Source of the DNA: an uncultured delta proteobacterium
GTDB taxonomy: Bacteria > Desulfobacterota > Binatia > DP-6
Assembly (NCBI GenBank): GCA_963815115.1
Contig: CAWFFN010000002.1
Location: 1 to 45,813, forward strand
DNA length: 45,813 nucleotides
Direction of reading: 5' to 3'
The notes beneath the pieces were generated by a model. That model worked only from the letters and a program-made list of their open reading frames with translations. It did not search any database and was not told where the DNA came from. Numbering within the stretch: position 1 is the first letter of the stretch; each line of letters opens with the position of its first letter. Positions 27,974 through 36,701 of the stretch are shown here, piece after piece. The position numbers and the translations under genes are program-made.

Positions 27974-30568
27974 ATGACAGCGAGCCCTCGAGATGCGACG
28001 GCGACCCAGGCAGTCCAGGACCGGCATCCCCAGCGAGCCCAGGAGGGCGCTGTCCCGTCAAGGCAGTCCCCCGCCGAGGCGCTGCAGTCGCTGGGAGTCG
28101 ATCCGGCCAAGGGCCTGTCCTCCGCCGAGGCCAGGAGTCGCCTCGCACACTATGGGCCGAATGCGCTGGAGGAGAAGGAGACGAGCCAGCTGGCGGTCTT
28201 CCTCGGCTTCTTCTGGGGGCCGATCCCGTGGATGATCGAGGCCGCAGCCCTCATGGCCGCGATCGTCCGGGACTGGGGTGACTTCACCATCATCCTCGCC
28301 CTGCTATTCTTCAACGCCGGCCTCGGCTTCTGGGAGGAACACTCGGCGTCGAACGCGCTCGCGGCGCTGAAGGGCTCGCTCGCGCTCAAGGCCAAGGCGC
28401 TGCGCGACGGGGTCTGGAGCGAGATCGCCGCGCGCGATCTGGTGCCCGGCGACATCGTGCGCATCCGGCTCGGCGACGTGGTGCCAGCGGATGCGCTCCT
28501 CGTGCGGGGCGACTACCTGAGCATCGATCAGGCGGCACTCACCGGGGAGTCCCTGCCGGTCACGAAGAAGGAGGGGAGCGCGGCGTACTCGGGCTCGATC
28601 GTGAAGAAGGGCGAGATGATCGGCGTCATCACCGCGACGGGCGGCAACACGTTCTTCGGCCGCACGGCGAAGCTGGTACAGTCGGCGGGGGCCACGTCGC
28701 ACTTCCAGGCGGCGGTGATGAAGGTCGGCGACTTCCTCATCGTGAGCGCCGCAGCGCTGGCGGTCATCTTGGTGGGCGTGCAGCTTGCCCGCGGCGCCGA
28801 CCTGCTCCGGCTCGCCACGTTCGTGCTGATCCTCCTGGTCGCCTCCGTGCCGGTGGCGATGCCGGCGGTGCTGTCGGTGACCATGGCGCTCGGGGCCAAG
28901 CGCCTCGCCGACCAGAAGGCCATCGTGTCGCGCCTGGAGTCGATCGAGGAGATGGCCGGCATGGGGATCCTCTGCTCCGACAAGACAGGCACGCTCACGC
29001 AGAACAAGCTGACCCTGGGTGAGGTGCAGACCTGGGGCGGGGCGGACGCCCACGGGGTGATCCTGGCCGGCGCACTCGCCTCCAAGGCCGAGGACCAGGA
29101 CCCGATCGACCTCGCGGTGCTCGCGGGGCTCGAGGACAAGTCGACGCTCAGGGCTTACACGCAGACCGCGTACGTGCCCTTCGATCCGGTCACGAAGCGG
29201 ACCGAGGCAACGGTGCGGGATGCGCAGGGACGCGAGTTCCACGTCTCCAAGGGCGCGCCGCGGGTCATGTTCGACCTCGCCACGCTCGCCGGCGGCGAGC
29301 GCGAGAAGGCGCAGCAGGTCGTCGACAACCTGGCGGCGAAGGGCCTGCGGACGCTCGGCGTCGCCCGAGCCGACCAGCCGGGCGTGTGGAGCCTCCTCGG
29401 GATCCTGCCGATCTACGATCCGCCACGTCCCGACTCGAAGGAGACGATCGCACGGGCCGAAGGCTACGGCATCCAAATCAAGATGGTAACCGGCGACGAC
29501 GCGGCCATTGCCGCCGAGATCGCCGGAGATCTCGGCCTCGGCCGCAACATCCAGCCGGCGAGCGAGTTCTTCCAGGGCGACGCGGCGAAGGGCCAGATCG
29601 CCTCCGACGTGGCCGAGCGGATCGAGCGGGCCGACGGCTTCGCGGGCGTGTTCCCCGAGCACAAATACGCGATCGTGAAGGCGCTCCAGGAGCGCGGCCA
29701 CATCGTCGGCATGACCGGCGACGGCGTCAACGACGCGCCGGCGTTGAAGCAGGCTGACATCGGCGTGGCCGTATCGGGCGCGACGGATGCGGCGCGCGCC
29801 GCGGCTGCGCTCATCCTCACGGCACCGGGCCTCGCGACGATCATTCTCGGCATCGAGGAGGCGCGGCGCATCTTCGAGCGCATGATGAGCTACACGCTCT
29901 ACCGTATCGCCATGACCATGGACATCATGGTCTTCATCGTGCTCGCGACCATCTTCTACGGCTTCTTCCCGCTCACGGCGATCATGATCATCGCCCTCGC
30001 GCTGCTCGACGACCTTCCGATCATGACCATCGCGTTCGACAACGCCACGGTGGCGCCGCAGCCCGTGCGCTGGCAGATGGACCGGGTGCTGACGGTGTCG
30101 GTCGTGCTCGGCGCGCTGGCGGTCATCCAGAGCTTCGGGCTGCTCTACGTCGGCAAGACCGTGCTCGGCCTCGACCAGCCGCATTTGCAGACGATGATGT
30201 TCCTGCAGCTCGTGGTGGGTGGCCACCTGATGCTGTTCCTCACCCGATCGAGCGGGGCGTTCTGGCGTCCACCATTCCCGAACGCGCGGCTCTTCTGGGC
30301 CATCGTCGCGACGCAGGTGTTCGCGGCGTTGATGGCGGCCTACGGCTGGCTCGTGCCGGCACTGCCCTGGACGCTCGTCGGCCTGGTGTGGGGCTACAAC
30401 CTTGCGTGGATGGTGGTCGAGGACGTCGCCAAGCTTGGACTCTATCGGGAGCTGAAAGCGCGCCGCATGGGGACGACACTCCTGCAGACACGGATGCGGA
30501 CATCGTTGACGACGTTCGGCGGCCTGCACCGGCCTGCCGGGCCCCGGTCCGCCGTGGCCCGCTCCTGA
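27974..30568 (+). CDS. Plasma-membrane-type proton-efflux P-type ATPase (P3A)
   Basis: GGAGGAG RBS; FWGPIPWMIEAAA, LTGESLPV, VPVAMPAVLSVT, CSDKTGTLT, KGAP, GDGVNDAPALK, YRIA, LLDDLPIMTIAFD. Confidence 0.95.
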   Translation: MTASPRDATATQAVQDRHPQRAQEGAVPSRQSPAEALQSLGVDPAKGLSSAEARSRLAHYGPNALEEKETSQLAVFLGFFWGPIPWMIEAAALMAAIVRDWGDFTIILALLFFNAGLGFWEEHSASNALAALKGSLALKAKALRDGVWSEIAARDLVPGDIVRIRLGDVVPADALLVRGDYLSIDQAALTGESLPVTKKEGSAAYSGSIVKKGEMIGVITATGGNTFFGRTAKLVQSAGATSHFQAAVMKVGDFLIVSAAALAVILVGVQLARGADLLRLATFVLILLVASVPVAMPAVLSVTMALGAKRLADQKAIVSRLESIEEMAGMGILCSDKTGTLTQNKLTLGEVQTWGGADAHGVILAGALASKAEDQDPIDLAVLAGLEDKSTLRAYTQTAYVPFDPVTKRTEATVRDAQGREFHVSKGAPRVMFDLATLAGGEREKAQQVVDNLAAKGLRTLGVARADQPGVWSLLGILPIYDPPRPDSKETIARAEGYGIQIKMVTGDDAAIAAEIAGDLGLGRNIQPASEFFQGDAAKGQIASDVAERIERADGFAGVFPEHKYAIVKALQERGHIVGMTGDGVNDAPALKQADIGVAVSGATDAARAAAALILTAPGLATIILGIEEARRIFERMMSYTLYRIAMTMDIMVFIVLATIFYGFFPLTAIMIIALALLDDLPIMTIAFDNATVAPQPVRWQMDRVLTVSVVLGALAVIQSFGLLYVGKTVLGLDQPHLQTMMFLQLVVGGHLMLFLTRSSGAFWRPPFPNARLFWAIVATQVFAALMAAYGWLVPALPWTLVGLVWGYNLAWMVVEDVAKLGLYRELKARRMGTTLLQTRMRTSLTTFGGLHRPAGPRSAVARS

Positions 30569-30584
30569 TCGGGGCGCCACGGCC

Positions 30585-31478
30585 ATGAACTACCGCAAGC
30601 AGTTCGTCGTCAGGCCCGGGGCGAAGGTTCGGCTCTCGAAGATCGACCCCGCGTACACCGGCAAGCATAGCTCGCACGAGCAGGCACTGCCGAAGATCCA
30701 GAAGTACCTCGAGCGCCTGAGCAAGCTGCAGTACCTGCTCTATGCGGACGGCAACCAGTCGCTGCTCGTCGTGCTGCAGGCCCTCGACGCCGGCGGCAAG
30801 GATGGTGTCGTGCGTCACGTGTTCAACGCCATGAACCCGCAGGGCACCGCCGTCTTCGGCTTCAAGCAGCCGAGCAAGGTCGAGCTCGCTCACGACTTCC
30901 TCTGGCGCGCCCACGAGCGCACGCCGGAGAGGGGCGAGGTGGTCATCTTCAACCGCTCGCACTACGAGGACGTGCTCGTGGTGCGGGTTCACAAGCTCGT
31001 GCCGAAGGCGGTGTGGTCGAAGCGCTACGAGCTGATCAACGATTTCGAGAAGATGCTCTCCGAGAATGGAACGCGCATCGCGAAGTTCTATCTCCACATC
31101 AGCCCCGAGGAGCAGCTCGCCCGTTTCCACGAGCGGCTCCAGGACCCGGGCCGGCACTGGAAGATCAGCGAGACCGACTACTCCGAGCGCGAGCTCTGGC
31201 CTGCCTACGTCGACGCGTTCGAGGAGGCCATCGAGCAGACGAGCACGAAGCACGCGCCATGGTACGTCATCCCATCCGACCACAAATGGTTCCGCGATCT
31301 CGCCATTTCGCAGGTCATCGCGGACACGTTGGAGGAGATGGGCCTGAAACTCCCCCCGACGCAGGTGGACATCGCCGAGATCCGTCGCAAGTACCACGCC
31401 GCCGCGGAGGAGCAGGCCCGGCGGGACGGCCGGGGAGCCGGGGGGGCGCGTCAGGCGAAGGCGGGCGCCAGGAAGTAG
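30585..31478 (+). CDS. ppk2: Polyphosphate kinase 2 (class III-like)
   Basis: LQALDAGGKDG, FKQPS, HDFLWR, IFNRSHYEDVLVVRVH, APWYVIPSDHKW. Confidence 0.93.
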   Translation: MNYRKQFVVRPGAKVRLSKIDPAYTGKHSSHEQALPKIQKYLERLSKLQYLLYADGNQSLLVVLQALDAGGKDGVVRHVFNAMNPQGTAVFGFKQPSKVELAHDFLWRAHERTPERGEVVIFNRSHYEDVLVVRVHKLVPKAVWSKRYELINDFEKMLSENGTRIAKFYLHISPEEQLARFHERLQDPGRHWKISETDYSERELWPAYVDAFEEAIEQTSTKHAPWYVIPSDHKWFRDLAISQVIADTLEEMGLKLPPTQVDIAEIRRKYHAAAEEQARRDGRGAGGARQAKAGARK

Positions 31479-31622
31479 ACGGGGCCGTGCCGCGCGGAGC
31501 GGCCGGGGCAGTCACGCGCCGGCACGTGCGCGGCTCGAGGAAACGCTGGGGCAGGACGTTCACCGGGCGAAGAGCACCGACGAGCGCGCCGCACAGTCGC
31601 TGCTCGCGTCGCTTTCCTGACT

Positions 31623-31652
31623 GGCTCAGTCGACGAATGCGCCCTCGCCGAG
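31623..31652 (-). repeat. Degenerate copy of the CHRD gene 3' end (33264-33294)
   Basis: GGCTCAGTCGACGAATGCGCC-CTCGCCGAG vs GGCTCAGTCGACGAACGCGCCGCTCGGCGAG, 28/31 identical. Confidence 0.6.
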
Positions 31653-31733
31653 TCGACGATACGAGTCGTACGGGGTGGTCGCCGTCCGCCCTCGGGTGCG
31701 CTCGATCCCCCGGGGCGCCGCCCGGCTCGTACG

Positions 31734-33053
31734 CTAGAGGTAGCCGATCTGGTGGGCCTGCCGCTCGAGGTCGTCGCGGAACTTCGGGTGGGCGATGGCG
31801 ATGAGCCGTCTGGTGCGCTCGGCGATGCAGCTGCCGCGCAGCTCGGCTACGCCGTACTCGGTGGCGACGCAGTCGACGACGTTCTTCATCGTCGTCACCG
31901 CGGCGCCGGGGTGGAGTTGCGCGACGATGCGCGAGGCCGACTCGTCCGACGTGGCTGAATGCAGGACGATGAAGGACTTGCCGTTCGATGCGAACATCGC
32001 GCCGCGGGCGAAGTCGGGCTGTCCCCCGGACGACGAGTAGTAGCTGCTCCCGAGGGACTCGGAGGCGCACTGCCCGAGAAAGTCGACCTCCATCGTCGCG
32101 TTGACCGCGACCATGTCGTCCTCGCGCGCGATGTTGCGCGGGTCGTTGGTGTAGTCGACCGGCCACAGCTCGAGGCCCGGGTTCTCGTCCACGAACGCAT
32201 GCAGCCGCTGGCTGCCGAGGACGCTCGTGCAGACCATCTTCCCGGGGTGCGTGCGCTTGCGTACGCCGGTGACGGCGCCGCTCTCGACCAGATCGACGAA
32301 CCCCTCGCCGAACAGTTCGGTGTGGACGCCGAGGTCCTTGTGATCCTTCAGCAGGCCGAGCACGGCGTCGGGGATGGCACCGACGCCGATCTGCAGGGTG
32401 GCGCCGTCCGGGATGCGCTCGGCAACCAACGCGGCGACGGGGCCATCGGTCGGCCGCAGCTCGTGCCGCGGCAGCTCGATGAGCGGGTAGTCCGCTTCGC
32501 ACCAGCCGACCAGCTGACTCACGTGCAGCTGATTGGCACCGAATGTGCGCGGCATCTGGCGATTCACCTCGACGAAGAAGGGCACCTGCCCGATCATCGC
32601 AGCAGAGTAGTCGGCCTCGACGCCCAGAGAGAAGTAGCCGTGGCGGTCCGGCGGTGCGACGGCGACCAGCACGAGCGACGGCTGCAGCGAGCGCAGCATC
32701 AGCCGCGGCACCTCGCTGAAGCTGTTCGGAACGAGGTCGCAGCTGCCCCGATGAAAGGCCGCGCGGTCGCTGACCGAGAGGAACCACGACACGTGGCGCA
32801 GCCCGGGGTAGGCGCCATCGATGTACCTCCGGGGGCGAATGGGAAACATCTGATGCAGGCGCAGGTCGCGGAAGCGTTCCGCGTTTGCCTCGATGGCGTC
32901 GAGGATCGTCATCGGGGCCGCGTTGGCTACCCCGACGATCACGTTCGCGCCGTCACGCAGATGTCCGAGTACCGCCTCGGCGGGGCACCGTTTCGCCGCC
33001 AGGCTGGCGGCGATCGCCATCGGGTGCGGCATGGACACCGGAGTGTAGCACAA
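31734..33053 (-). CDS. Acetyl-CoA hydrolase/transferase (4-hydroxybutyrate CoA-transferase-like)
   Basis: PPDRHGYFSLG, IPDGATLQIGVGAIP, LGVHTE, GGQPDFARGA, TEYGVAELRG, IAHPKFR; start may be about 20-30 bp further in. Confidence 0.93.
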   Translation of the reverse strand: MCYTPVSMPHPMAIAASLAAKRCPAEAVLGHLRDGANVIVGVANAAPMTILDAIEANAERFRDLRLHQMFPIRPRRYIDGAYPGLRHVSWFLSVSDRAAFHRGSCDLVPNSFSEVPRLMLRSLQPSLVLVAVAPPDRHGYFSLGVEADYSAAMIGQVPFFVEVNRQMPRTFGANQLHVSQLVGWCEADYPLIELPRHELRPTDGPVAALVAERIPDGATLQIGVGAIPDAVLGLLKDHKDLGVHTELFGEGFVDLVESGAVTGVRKRTHPGKMVCTSVLGSQRLHAFVDENPGLELWPVDYTNDPRNIAREDDMVAVNATMEVDFLGQCASESLGSSYYSSSGGQPDFARGAMFASNGKSFIVLHSATSDESASRIVAQLHPGAAVTTMKNVVDCVATEYGVAELRGSCIAERTRRLIAIAHPKFRDDLERQAHQIGYL

Positions 33054-33266
33054 GGCCCTCCCAGCCGCCGTGGCACGTGTCGGGGGAGCCGGCCGCGCCC
33101 GGCCGGCCCGGCACGCATCTCGGAATGTCCCCCTGCGCCGACGCCAGCGCGCGCGTGCGCCGCACCTGCGTCGTTCGGGACTTGCCCTCGTCCTTCAGGA
33201 ACGCGGGCGGCAGGTTGCTCGTGGAGAGACCTGCCGCCCGCTCTCTCGCACGGGTCATCGCCGGGC

Positions 33267-33920
33267 TCAGTCGACGAACGCGCCGCTCGGCGAGCCGCCC
33301 ATCGTGGTCGTGGTGGTGACGGTCGTCGGCGTGGTGGTGGTGGTCTCCGGCGTGGTGGTCGACGTGGTCGCGATCGGCGGCACGTTCTTGTACTTGATCT
33401 TCAGCGGCAGCACCTGGCCGCGGATCTCGCCGCTGGTGCTTGCCGGCGGGGGACCCATGGTGTGGATGTTGATGTACCAGAGCCCGTTCTTGAGATCCTT
33501 CTGCTGCTGCTTGTCACTGACGACGACGCATCCCTGCTTCGGGCTGCCGACGGGCGACGGTCCCGGCGGCACGCCGTTGGTGATGTTGATCAGCACGGGG
33601 GAGGCCACGCCCGGGCCGGCCACATCACCCTTCATGGCCGGGCCATGGAAGTGTGCCAGGAACTCGGTCCCGGCGAGCGGCGTGTAGCTGATCGCGTAGC
33701 ACAGGTTGGACGTGTCCTTGTTGAAGGTGAGGAACGCCACGCCGGTCGAGGGGCTTTGCGTGGGCGGCGTCTCCTGCGCGCCGTTGAGCTGCGCGATGAA
33801 CACCGGATCAAAGGTATCGGCGGCTGCCGGACTGGCGCAGAGCCCGGCGGCCAGGAACGAGAACGCCAGGACCGTTGTCGATGTCATCACCGGGAACACA
33901 TCACGGAACCGTCCAGACAT
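33267..33920 (-). CDS. Secreted CHRD-domain protein with Thr-rich linker and SPSGAFVD C-terminus
   Basis: ATG 33920 after GGAGG; LNGAQETPP...TGVA, AHFHGPA, GLWYINIHT, GEIRGQV. Confidence 0.9.
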   Translation of the reverse strand: MSGRFRDVFPVMTSTTVLAFSFLAAGLCASPAAADTFDPVFIAQLNGAQETPPTQSPSTGVAFLTFNKDTSNLCYAISYTPLAGTEFLAHFHGPAMKGDVAGPGVASPVLINITNGVPPGPSPVGSPKQGCVVVSDKQQQKDLKNGLWYINIHTMGPPPASTSGEIRGQVLPLKIKYKNVPPIATTSTTTPETTTTTPTTVTTTTTMGGSPSGAFVD

Positions 33921-34144
33921 CGGGCACCTCCCCGTTCGGAATTTTGGAACAGGTTGAGCACGAGGTCCGGTTCGACGCGAGACCAAATCCTTCGCACCGC
34001 CATGAAAAGTTCTTAGCGCTGCAGCGGCGGGCGTCCGCAATACGTCGGCACCTCCATCCATCTTCATGCGGCGCTGGATCGTACGGGGCTGGCTGGTCGG
34101 GCCCGGATGAAGCGGACGCGCGTGGTCCGCCTCGGCGGCTGCGT

Positions 34145-34738
34145 TCAGCCCGCGTCCTTCGCGCGCGCCCGGGCGAGAGCCGGACGCGCACTCGCTCGCG
34201 CGAGGTACGCGTCGACGACGTCGCCTGCCGGCAGCAGCGAGCGGCTGAACTGTCCCATGCTGGCGATCAGGATGTCGGCGCCCGAGAACCGCTCGCCCAG
34301 CACCCAGGGACCGGCGCTCAGGGCCGACAGGACGCGCGCATTCATCTCCGCACGGCCACGGAACGTGCGGATCACGGCCGGATTGTCCGCGATGCCGGCA
34401 AACTCGAGCGTCGCGACCGGCTCCATGACGCCGGCGTAGTACGCCAGCCACGACAGGTAAGGGCCGCGCATCGGATCGCCCACCGCCGGTCCGATGCCGG
34501 CGCCGGGAAACTTGTCCGTGAGATAGAGGACGATCGCCGCCGACTCGGTGACGAGCGTGCCGTCGTCCACGAGCGCGGGAACCTTCTTGTCAGGGTGCGG
34601 GTTGGTGGGGTCGGGCGCTCCCGAGCCATCCGGGCGCGGAATGCTCGTCAGCGCGATCGTGTAGGTCGCACCGACTTCCTCGAGCAGCCAGAGAATGCGC
34701 GAGGAGCGAGACTGTGGAGCGTGGTGGATGGTCAGCAT
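34145..34738 (-). CDS. Glutathione S-transferase family protein
   Basis: SRSSRILWLLEE, HPDKKVPALVD, TESAAIVLYL, GERFSGADI. Confidence 0.92.
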   Translation of the reverse strand: MLTIHHAPQSRSSRILWLLEEVGATYTIALTSIPRPDGSGAPDPTNPHPDKKVPALVDDGTLVTESAAIVLYLTDKFPGAGIGPAVGDPMRGPYLSWLAYYAGVMEPVATLEFAGIADNPAVIRTFRGRAEMNARVLSALSAGPWVLGERFSGADILIASMGQFSRSLLPAGDVVDAYLARASARPALARARAKDAG

Positions 34739-35000
34739 TGGCCGGGATTAGACCCCGCGTCGAGCTCACACAACGCCTGCGAAGATCGCCGTTCGAACGA
34801 TGCCAGGCTACTCCGGAGCCGAGCAGCGACGCGACACGAAGCGCCAAATCGGGGCCTTGACCGGATCTGGGCAGGGCGGACCCTGAGGGGGGCCGGCGCG
34901 GAAGGCCGCCGGCCTCGGAGGAGATGCCATGCATTGCCGCGCACCACGCCCTGCCCCACGACCACCACCACGACCATGCCGTGACGGAGCGGGCAGCTAG

Positions 35001-36651
35001 CCCGGATAATTCACGCCGGCCAGCGTGAGAAAGCCACCGCCCCTCTCCAAGTGTGCTAGAAACGCGCTTGTCGAGAGCAGCGTCGTGCACGCGGCGGGGA
35101 GGTGGCGGTGGCTACAGAGTGTCATACGCAATTCGGCTTCACTTTCCAACGGAAGGTGACGGCCGCGTTCGACGGCGGCGAGATCACGAGCGACGCGGGG
35201 CTGCTGCTCGTTCGGGAGTTCGACGAACGGCTCGGCCTGACCGCAGCGCTCCGCGCGGCCGTCGCCGATCGTCGTGATCGCCGCTACGTGACCCACGACG
35301 TGCTGACCCTGCTGCGGCAGCGGGTGTACCAGATCGCCGCCGGCTACGAGGATGCCAACGACGCCAGGTACCTGCGGCACGACCCGACCCTGCAGACCGT
35401 TGCCCAGCGCCTCGGCACCCCGCTCGCGTCGCAGCCGACCCTCTCGCGGCTCGAGAACGCGGTCGAGTGGGGCACCGTCCGGCGATTGGGCCGGGTGCTG
35501 CGCCAGTGGTTTACCCGCCACGCCGTCGCGCGCCGCGTGCCGCCGGCCGAACTCATCCTCGACATCGACTCGACCGACGATCCGACCCACGGGCAGCAGC
35601 AGCTCAGCTTCTTCAACGGACACTACGACCAGCACATGTACCATCCGCTGCTCGTCTTCGCCGACGGCTATCTCCTGGGCGCGCGGTTGCGCCCGGGCGA
35701 CGTCGGCGGCGCGACCCACCTGCGCCCGCTGCTCGCGCCGATCGTGACGCACCTGCGCGCCGCGCTGCCGGCCACCGCGCTTGCCCTGCGGGCGGATGGC
35801 GGCTTCTGCAACCCGGATCTGCTCGCCTACGCCGAGCACGCTGGGCTCACCTACGCCATTGGGATGCCGCCGAACCCCAAGCTGGTCGCGGCCGTCGCAC
35901 TCCACCGCGTCCACGCCCAAGTGGTCTACCTGCGCACCGGGCAGCCCGTGCGGTGGTTTACCAGCGTGCGCTACCAGACCCGGAGCTGGCGCCGGCCGCG
36001 CCGCGTGCTCGCGCTGATCGAGCACACCGCACAGGGGCCGAACGTCCGCTTCGTCGTCACCAACCGCCGCGGGCGGGCCGCCGACCTCTTCCACTGGTAC
36101 CACCAGCGCGGGCAGGCGGAAAATTTCATCAAGGAGCTCAAGCGCGATCTCGCCGCCGATCGGCTCTCCTGCCATGCCTTCCGCGCCAACGCCGTGCGCC
36201 TCCTGCTCCATGCGCTCGCCTACGACCTGCTGCACCTCTTCCGGCTCCGTGTGCTGGCCGGCACCTCGCTCGCCACTGCGACGCTCGGCACCGTACGGCT
36301 GCGACTCCTCAAGCTCGGCGCCCGCGTCGTCCGCTCGGTGCGACGGTGGTGGTTTCATCTCGCCACCGGTTGGCCCGGGCAGCCACTCTTCCTGGCCATT
36401 CACCAGCATCTCCGCAGGCTGCGCGCCTCGCCCTGAGCGCGCCGCTCCAGGCCCCCCCATGCGTCCTCCGTATCGCGGTCGCCGTCACCGCATCCCCGAC
36501 CTGTGCCCACAATGGCGGCCACGGGCCTCGCGCTGCACGCCGCGACGTGCCTCGCACCCGGCGGCCCCTATCCCGTAGCCGGATGGGTCGCGAGCGCCGC
36601 GCCGCGCTCGTCGTCAGCCGTCCACCGCTGGCACTTCATGAATGATCCGGG
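35001..36651 (+). mobile_element. IS1380-family insertion sequence (1651 bp)
   Basis: IRL CCCGGATAATTCACG vs reverse-complemented IRR CCCGGATCATTCATG (13/15); flanked by CTAG at 34997-35000 and 36652-36655. Confidence 0.92.
35102..36436 (+). CDS. IS1380-family DDE transposase
   Basis: FDGGEITSDAG, GYEDAND, ASQPTLSRLEN, LDIDST, LRADGGF, RGQAENFIKE. Confidence 0.95.
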   Translation: MAVATECHTQFGFTFQRKVTAAFDGGEITSDAGLLLVREFDERLGLTAALRAAVADRRDRRYVTHDVLTLLRQRVYQIAAGYEDANDARYLRHDPTLQTVAQRLGTPLASQPTLSRLENAVEWGTVRRLGRVLRQWFTRHAVARRVPPAELILDIDSTDDPTHGQQQLSFFNGHYDQHMYHPLLVFADGYLLGARLRPGDVGGATHLRPLLAPIVTHLRAALPATALALRADGGFCNPDLLAYAEHAGLTYAIGMPPNPKLVAAVALHRVHAQVVYLRTGQPVRWFTSVRYQTRSWRRPRRVLALIEHTAQGPNVRFVVTNRRGRAADLFHWYHQRGQAENFIKELKRDLAADRLSCHAFRANAVRLLLHALAYDLLHLFRLRVLAGTSLATATLGTVRLRLLKLGARVVRSVRRWWFHLATGWPGQPLFLAIHQHLRRLRASP

Positions 36652-36701
36652 CTAGGAGCCTGACCCAAGACTCCGCCGCATTATGTTGCTAGAAGGGCGA
36701 C

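Noticed and set aside
19971-30586. Very long alternative ORFs (e.g. 19971-22685 -, 25030-27570 -, 25389-27977 +, 28304-30586 -)
   Set aside because: They overlap well-supported genes and are Arg/Ala/Gly-rich shadow frames typical of high-GC DNA.
33934-33950. Operator palindrome upstream of the CHRD gene
   Set aside because: Only 12/17 symmetric and no candidate regulator; too weak to call.
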